DNA of 60,534 nucleotides from a virus (Duplodnaviria; Caudoviricetes): IMG/VR virus record IMGVR_UViG_3300034072_002238, positions 1 to 60,534 of that record; one strand, 5' to 3'. Shown piece by piece: positions 55,475 to 60,534 of this stretch (position 1 is its first letter; each line of letters starts with the position of its first letter). The notes under the pieces were generated by a model. It saw only the letters and a program-made list of their open reading frames with translations, ran no database searches and was not told where the DNA came from. The position numbers and the translations under genes were made by a program.

Positions 55475-55936
55475 GTGACAGAGCAACAACATGAGATAGC
55501 GCCCGCCACGACGGAGCAACAGGAGCTGCTTCGTACCGGCGCCGCCATGGCCAACATCTGTTTCAATCTCTCGTTCGACGCTCGGCTCGATGAGCGGACG
55601 CGGTTGACTGTGCAAACGGCGCGAAAAGAGTGGGATCAGGCAGCCAAAGAACTCCTGTTGCACGCTCCCACACCCTATTCGGTCATCAAGCGCATTGCCG
55701 ACGTCGCCTCGGCCGTCGGCTGGCAGGCCGGAGAACCGGCCTTGGAAGCCGCCGGACATATCGTCTCTGTCCTCGCCATTCATCCCGAGCACGTCGACCG
55801 ATTCCTCGCCGAGGGGGCCGAGCTGTTCATTGACGGCACGTTCCGCCCCGAAAACGGCTCGCTCACTTACCGTTCGATCGGTGGCGACATCCTATCCCCG
55901 GCCGTTCTCCGCAAAGCGCAGGGATCAGCTCAATGA
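55475..55936 (+). CDS. hypothetical protein
   Basis: GAGG SD; GTG start. Confidence 0.55.
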   Translation: MTEQQHEIAPATTEQQELLRTGAAMANICFNLSFDARLDERTRLTVQTARKEWDQAAKELLLHAPTPYSVIKRIADVASAVGWQAGEPALEAAGHIVSVLAIHPEHVDRFLAEGAELFIDGTFRPENGSLTYRSIGGDILSPAVLRKAQGSAQ

Positions 55937-56517
55937 CAAACCGGCAGCAATTCACCATTGGACAGCGGGTCCGCAAGGTTGGAGGCCGATACGGCGGCCC
56001 CGGCCGAATCGTCGGCGATACGATGGCGCTGGACGACGACGGTTACAAACTCTGGAACGTGGCCATGAAGGTGGCCGATGGCTACGGCGAATTCGTCCAC
56101 GTCTTCCCCTCAAGCGCGCTGGAGCCCGACGAGGGCACACCGCCGGCAGCGGAGCCTGCGGCCAAGGGGGACGAACAACTGAAGCTGTGGTTTTTCCGCG
56201 ACCTGAACGACGAGCAACGCCTCAAGCTCTTTGGCTTGTTCGACCTTCCGACAAAGGAGATCGGCAGCAACCATGGCCGGCAGTCCATTGCCCTCCGGCA
56301 CATCATTCAGGCGATGATCAAGATGGTTGCCGAGACCACTGCACCACCCTCAACACATTTGCTGGTGGAGTGCTCTGAGTGCCACGGCACTGGAGAGGTG
56401 TTCTGTCACGCCGACGACTGCTGCGATGACCTTTGCGCTCTTAACGGAGATGAGCACTCGTGCTCCGGAAAGGTTGAGCTTTGCGGCTGCGCCACCACGG
56501 AGGGTCGGAACCAATGA
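55933..56517 (+). CDS. mosaic hypothetical protein (SH3-like N-terminus, Cys-rich C-terminus)
   Basis: F.IGQRVRKVGG.Y..PG.IVG; CSECHG..CC..C. Confidence 0.55.
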   Translation: MTNRQQFTIGQRVRKVGGRYGGPGRIVGDTMALDDDGYKLWNVAMKVADGYGEFVHVFPSSALEPDEGTPPAAEPAAKGDEQLKLWFFRDLNDEQRLKLFGLFDLPTKEIGSNHGRQSIALRHIIQAMIKMVAETTAPPSTHLLVECSECHGTGEVFCHADDCCDDLCALNGDEHSCSGKVELCGCATTEGRNQ

Positions 56518-57062
56518 CCGGACGCAGGCTGACAGAGGCGCAGTTCGCTATGCAGTGCGCCTATATCGCCAAGAATGCAGCGGCATGGACTGGTGATACG
56601 CTGACAACCTTTGATGATCTGTCCAAGGACGCGAATACCGACACGGTTGCTCGCTTCACCAATGACATGCGCGAGCGCCTTGACCGCTTGGACCAGTGGG
56701 CCGGACGCACCCCTTCGCCCGCACCAAATATGGCGCCACTGTTCTGGTATCGGCCAGTCGGCGAAGACGGCGGTTATGAAGGCCCACATCACGCGTCATC
56801 CGAGTTGGGCAAGATGTTTCGTGACCATATGCCTGGTCAGTGGAAGCCGCTGTATGCGCACCCGCCTGCACCCAAGGAACACGTGATATGTGCGGCAGTC
56901 GAGGAATACCATCTGGTTCACGTCGCCGAAGGTGAGGATCAAAGGCTGGGCAGGCATTCTGCTATTCGGGGGATGATGGTTCGCCTCGGACTGTATCCCG
57001 AGTTCTGCAGCGCTCTTGATCATTCACCCGCCCTCGCCGCCACGGAGGTGTCGCAAGGATGA
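56514..57062 (+). CDS. mosaic hypothetical protein
   Basis: PLYAHP motif; coupled. Confidence 0.55.
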   Translation: MTGRRLTEAQFAMQCAYIAKNAAAWTGDTLTTFDDLSKDANTDTVARFTNDMRERLDRLDQWAGRTPSPAPNMAPLFWYRPVGEDGGYEGPHHASSELGKMFRDHMPGQWKPLYAHPPAPKEHVICAAVEEYHLVHVAEGEDQRLGRHSAIRGMMVRLGLYPEFCSALDHSPALAATEVSQG

Positions 57063-57532
57063 GCACCAACGGAGGATATTCGCGCGTTGATATGAGCGCG
57101 ATTGCGCCCCTGATGCCCGCCAACAAGACGGCTGCGTTGACCGCCTCCAAGGGGGAGCATTTCGAGTGGGCCGCTTCTCACTGCACCCTGCATTCATCAG
57201 CCCCGATACCGCATCGGACGCCGAACCGGGAAGAGCTGATCAAGCCCAGCTTCAAGAACCTGACCGGCATGAAGTTTGGCCGCCTGTCCGTGCTCGGCAT
57301 CGCGGCCGAAATTCCGTCAAAAGCCAAAGGCCAGCGCTGGGTGGTCCGGTGCGTATGTGGCGCCCACGAGATCCGGAAGGCGAAAGCCATCAAGGCAGCG
57401 GCGTCCGGGAGAAATGGCGAAGATAATTCCCAGATGTGCGCGTGGTGCGCAAACAACCAACGTCTGCAGCGCGGCCTGCATAATCAGAAAAAAGCCAGCC
57501 ACGTTGCCCGGACCATCAGAGGTGAAGCATGA
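57059..57532 (+). CDS. protein with homing-endonuclease-type N-terminal module
   Basis: NLTG.KFGRL.V..W..RC.CG; no HNH motif seen. Confidence 0.5.
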   Translation: MSTNGGYSRVDMSAIAPLMPANKTAALTASKGEHFEWAASHCTLHSSAPIPHRTPNREELIKPSFKNLTGMKFGRLSVLGIAAEIPSKAKGQRWVVRCVCGAHEIRKAKAIKAAASGRNGEDNSQMCAWCANNQRLQRGLHNQKKASHVARTIRGEA

Positions 57533-57939
57533 GCGAGTTTCAGAGGCGCCTAGAGGCGAACATTCGCGAGAGCCTGCGCTTTGCGGTCGGCGAGGTCCAG
57601 GATGATGCTGTGGCCCACATGCTGGCGGGCGTGAATGCCGTGCTCAATCATCCAAGCGCACCGCCGCCCGCGCAACATGTGCGGGTGTATCCGCAGGAAC
57701 TGACGGACGATCTACGCTTCATCCTATCGATGATGATGTGGACCACGGGACCGATGGCTCAAACTCTTCGCGATGGCGGCCAGGACATCAAGCGGAAGGC
57801 CGAGGAAGAGCAGGCGGAGGTCATGCATTGGCTGATCGGTCTGGCGCTGGAGCATGGCATCCTATGGCGCCAGAAGGCATCCGACCGCATCCGTGAGATC
57901 CGAGACGCCCTCGCCACCACGGAGGGCCAGGACCGATGA
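57529..57939 (+). CDS. hypothetical protein
   Basis: LT.DLR.IL..A..LR.GG..I.RKAE.EQA.V.HW. Confidence 0.6.
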   Translation: MSEFQRRLEANIRESLRFAVGEVQDDAVAHMLAGVNAVLNHPSAPPPAQHVRVYPQELTDDLRFILSMMMWTTGPMAQTLRDGGQDIKRKAEEEQAEVMHWLIGLALEHGILWRQKASDRIREIRDALATTEGQDR

Positions 57940-58490
57940 ACGTTGACCTTTTCCAGAACACCGTTCTCGAAGCGTCGTTCATGCTGAAAGAGGCGGTTAT
58001 TTCAGACTGCACCTTCTATCGCTACGAGCTGCGCCGGATCTGGGACACCGGCAAGCCCATGCTGGTCGTGTGCATGCTCAATCCCAGCACCGCCGACAGT
58101 TCGATCAATGACCCAACGGTTCTTACGCTGATCCATTTCGGCAAGCTCTGGGGTTACGGCGGGCTACTGATCGTCAACCTCTACGGCTTCAGGTCATCCA
58201 GCCCCGCCGAGATGTTCTCTAAGGGTGCGGCTGCTATCGGACCGTTGAACGAAAAGTACACGTTCGCGGCGATCAAATACGCCAAGGAAAACGGCGGCAA
58301 GCTGCTCGCGGCTTGGGGGAACGGCGGCCATGAGAAAGCGATATTCTTCGCCGAACGCGTCACCTGCGCCGGCGTCGAATTGATCTGCCTTGGCACGACA
58401 CAGAGCGGCGCTCCGAAGCACCCCTTGGCGAGAGGAAAGCACCGCATCCCGCGCGATCAGATGCCTATCGTTTGGAGGACTGCAGCATGA
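57936..58490 (+). CDS. DUF1643-family protein
   Basis: YRY.L.R.W..MLNPSTAD..DPT..NL..AAWG..PKHPL. Confidence 0.88.
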   Translation: MNVDLFQNTVLEASFMLKEAVISDCTFYRYELRRIWDTGKPMLVVCMLNPSTADSSINDPTVLTLIHFGKLWGYGGLLIVNLYGFRSSSPAEMFSKGAAAIGPLNEKYTFAAIKYAKENGGKLLAAWGNGGHEKAIFFAERVTCAGVELICLGTTQSGAPKHPLARGKHRIPRDQMPIVWRTAA

Positions 58491-58633
58491 AAGTCACACC
58501 GATTTTCGCATGGTATGACCTTTGGATCGGCGCGTTTTACGACAGGGCAAAACGCCGCCTCTACATCTTCCCGGTCCCAATGTTCGGTTTCTACATCGAG
58601 CGCGCCGCCTCGGAGGGGACGGACAATGGCTAA
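58487..58633 (+). CDS. 48-aa hypothetical protein (not in ORF track)
   Basis: MKVTPIFAWYDLWIGAFYDRAKRRLYIFPVPM; ATGA coupling. Confidence 0.55.
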   Translation: MKVTPIFAWYDLWIGAFYDRAKRRLYIFPVPMFGFYIERAASEGTDNG

Positions 58634-58859
58634 AGCCCATGTCGTCACGTGGAAGTCCATCGTCACCGAGGAGTGGTTGGTCGAGGGCGCAGCGAATGCC
58701 GCTGAAGCTCGCGAGATGTTCATGAATGGAGAGGCTCGCCTTTGCTCCAAAAGCGATTTCGACGTCGGCCGTGTGCAGCGCGTTAGGCTTGCGACCGAAG
58801 GTGACATCGACAGCGCCGATCTTCATCAGTCTGGCGAACCGAACAGGAGCGAGGAATGA
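58626..58859 (+). CDS. hypothetical protein
   Basis: MAKAHV start after GGAGG. Confidence 0.5.
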   Translation: MAKAHVVTWKSIVTEEWLVEGAANAAEAREMFMNGEARLCSKSDFDVGRVQRVRLATEGDIDSADLHQSGEPNRSEE

Positions 58860-59053
58860 CCGACAAGCTCACGAAATGCGCCGACTGCAACGGTCGAGGC
58901 TATCACAGGTGCGAGTGCTGGCCGGGTGACTGCATCTGCGGTCAAGACGACGAACCGTGCTGGGAGTGCGCGGGAGACGGCTGGATTGATCCCAGTTACG
59001 ATGACTTCGACCCCAGCCCATCGCCAGCACCCACGGAGGGTTCGACCGAATGA
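58856..59053 (+). CDS. Cys-rich small protein
   Basis: CxxCxGxG repeats. Confidence 0.55.
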   Translation: MTDKLTKCADCNGRGYHRCECWPGDCICGQDDEPCWECAGDGWIDPSYDDFDPSPSPAPTEGSTE

Positions 59054-59907
59054 CGCCGACCCGCCCTGCAATGCGCTGGCACGGTGGCAAGTGGCTGCTC
59101 GCACCATGGATCATCAGCCACTTTCCCGACCACCGGACCTACGTCGAACCATTTGGTGGCGCTGCCAGCGTCCTGTTGCGCAAACCGAGGTCCTATGCGG
59201 AGGTCTACAACGATCTCGACAGTGACGCCGTGAACCTCTTCCAGGTCCTGCGATCCGATCGCGCGGCCGAGTTGGTCGAAGCTCTGCGCCTCACCCCGTT
59301 TGCCCGTGAAGAGTTCTCCCATGCATACGAGCAATGCGAGGATCCGGTAGAGCGTGCGCGCCGCCTAGTGGCGAGGTCGTTCATGGGCTTTGGCGGCGAT
59401 GCCGTTAAGAACCGCACGACCGGCTTCCGCAACGACAGCAATCGCAGCGGCGGACCGCCGGCGAAGGATTGGGCCAACTATCCCGACTGCCTGCCGGCAC
59501 TGATAGCGCGCATGCGTGGCATCGTGATCGAGAGCCGTCCGGCGGAATACATCGTCGGCAAGTTCGATGGCCCTGAAACCCTGTTCTATGTCGATCCGCC
59601 ATATGTGCACAGCAGTCGGGATCTAAGCGGCGCCGGCAAGCTTCCGCGCCACACTTATGAGTTCGAGATGACGGATCACGACCACATCCGGCTGATCGAA
59701 CAGTTGCGCGCCGTCGAGGGCATGGTTGTTCTCTCCGGATATCCGTCCGATCTCTACGACGATGCCCTGGGTGATTGGAAGCGCGTGACCCGCACTGCCC
59801 TCGCCGACGGCGCCCGCGAGCGCACCGAAGTTCTTTGGATTAACCCTGCCGGCAGGGATCGCCTTGACGCCGTCCAGATGCCGCTACTGTTCGAAGGTGC
59901 AGCATGA
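59050..59907 (+). CDS. DNA adenine methyltransferase (Dam/D12 class)
   Basis: W.GGK..YVEPFGG..EVYNDL..YVDPPY..LSGY..E.LW.N. Confidence 0.92.
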   Translation: MTPTRPAMRWHGGKWLLAPWIISHFPDHRTYVEPFGGAASVLLRKPRSYAEVYNDLDSDAVNLFQVLRSDRAAELVEALRLTPFAREEFSHAYEQCEDPVERARRLVARSFMGFGGDAVKNRTTGFRNDSNRSGGPPAKDWANYPDCLPALIARMRGIVIESRPAEYIVGKFDGPETLFYVDPPYVHSSRDLSGAGKLPRHTYEFEMTDHDHIRLIEQLRAVEGMVVLSGYPSDLYDDALGDWKRVTRTALADGARERTEVLWINPAGRDRLDAVQMPLLFEGAA

Positions 59908-60184
59908 CGGAAAACCCTTACGTCAGGATCATGAAGGCTGCCGAGCGAGGCGTCGGCGTTCGTATCACTGCCGACGAGTGCCACTACTTGGCTCAGGACA
60001 GCTCCATCATTGCTGTCGCAGCGCTTACGCTTGTCGGCGAGCAAAGCGACGGGGGCGGGTCTCTGAAAGTGGGGGTAGGCTTTGGGAATTGCACCGCGGC
60101 GGACGCTGGGATCAGGTCATCACCGACGTCAGGATTGCAGCCGACGGGAAGACACTTTGGATCAAGGTTGGGAAGGTCTCATCA

Positions 60185-60534
60185 TGAGCACCCTCACCAG
60201 GCAAATGATCATCGATCAAATCAACCGGGTGAGGGAAATGGCACCGCCGCCGCGCGAAATCGTGTTTTCGATGCACGCCCTCAAGCCAACCGACGAGCGG
60301 CTGTTTCCTGTCAGCCGCCATCGATCGCGGCGCATCCTGAAAAAGCTGATCAAGCGGCACGGTGGCGAGTTCCGGATGGCTCCGGCGATCATCTCCATCG
60401 GAAAGACCATCTATGCCCACCCTGCTTTCCGCGCTTCGCTCCGTGCAGAAATGACCAAAAGAGCAGTGGTGCAAAATGAGGGTAGAAATGCGGGTATCGA
60501 ACCAAGAATATCCGGCGTGAAGGTATATTTCTAA
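60185..60534 (+). CDS. hypothetical protein (start approximate, MSTLTR)
   Basis: Last ORF in the window; stop at window end. Confidence 0.45.

Larger units (their letters stand above)
1..60534. mobile_element. Temperate podovirus-like prophage of an alphaproteobacterium; att sites not visible in window
   Basis: Integrase, AlpA, cI/cro, terminase, portal, capsid, tail and lysis genes; no host housekeeping genes; dense ATGA-overlapped small ORFs. Confidence 0.95.

Noticed and set aside
1..60534. CRISPR array, tRNA, rRNA, IS element, reverse transcriptase/DGR
   Set aside because: No regularly spaced repeats, cloverleaf, transposase or RT motif, or TR/VR pair seen by eye

Overview
The whole window is one temperate phage (prophage) of an alphaproteobacterium, probably Rhizobiales. 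It carries GcrA, GapR and PraR/PhrR-like genes and alphaproteobacterial LexA boxes. It is podovirus-like: N4-gp56-type major capsid protein, tail nozzle, ejection proteins and no tape measure protein. Layout: P4-type integrase (1-1257,+); a leftward AlpA/excisionase operon with a large C5 methyltransferase (1.2-6.8 kb); lysis genes (-); a capsid/tail/ejection operon (+, 8.8-20.2 kb); an Arc/Mnt immI-like cassette plus HNH nuclease; a 2918-aa polyvalent protein (-); a long leftward operon cro>GapR>GcrA>rep>terS>terL>portal>scaffold>CsrA-like; cI; and a 17-kb rightward accessory operon (three more methyltransferases, TAXI, J-domain, ASCH, DUF5131, DHH, Arr-like ART). att sites fall outside the window. 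Top finding: four scattered late transcription units (lysin, capsid, first ejection gene, giant protein) share a 5' leader. In it, a conserved GCGC-A(A/U)GA(N)-GUGC hairpin is mutually exclusive with a hairpin that buries the Shine-Dalgarno. The phage also encodes a small CsrA-fold-like protein and no recognisable Q/late antiterminator. Together these suggest a translational late-gene activation switch. All family assignments come from motif recognition by eye, not database searches.
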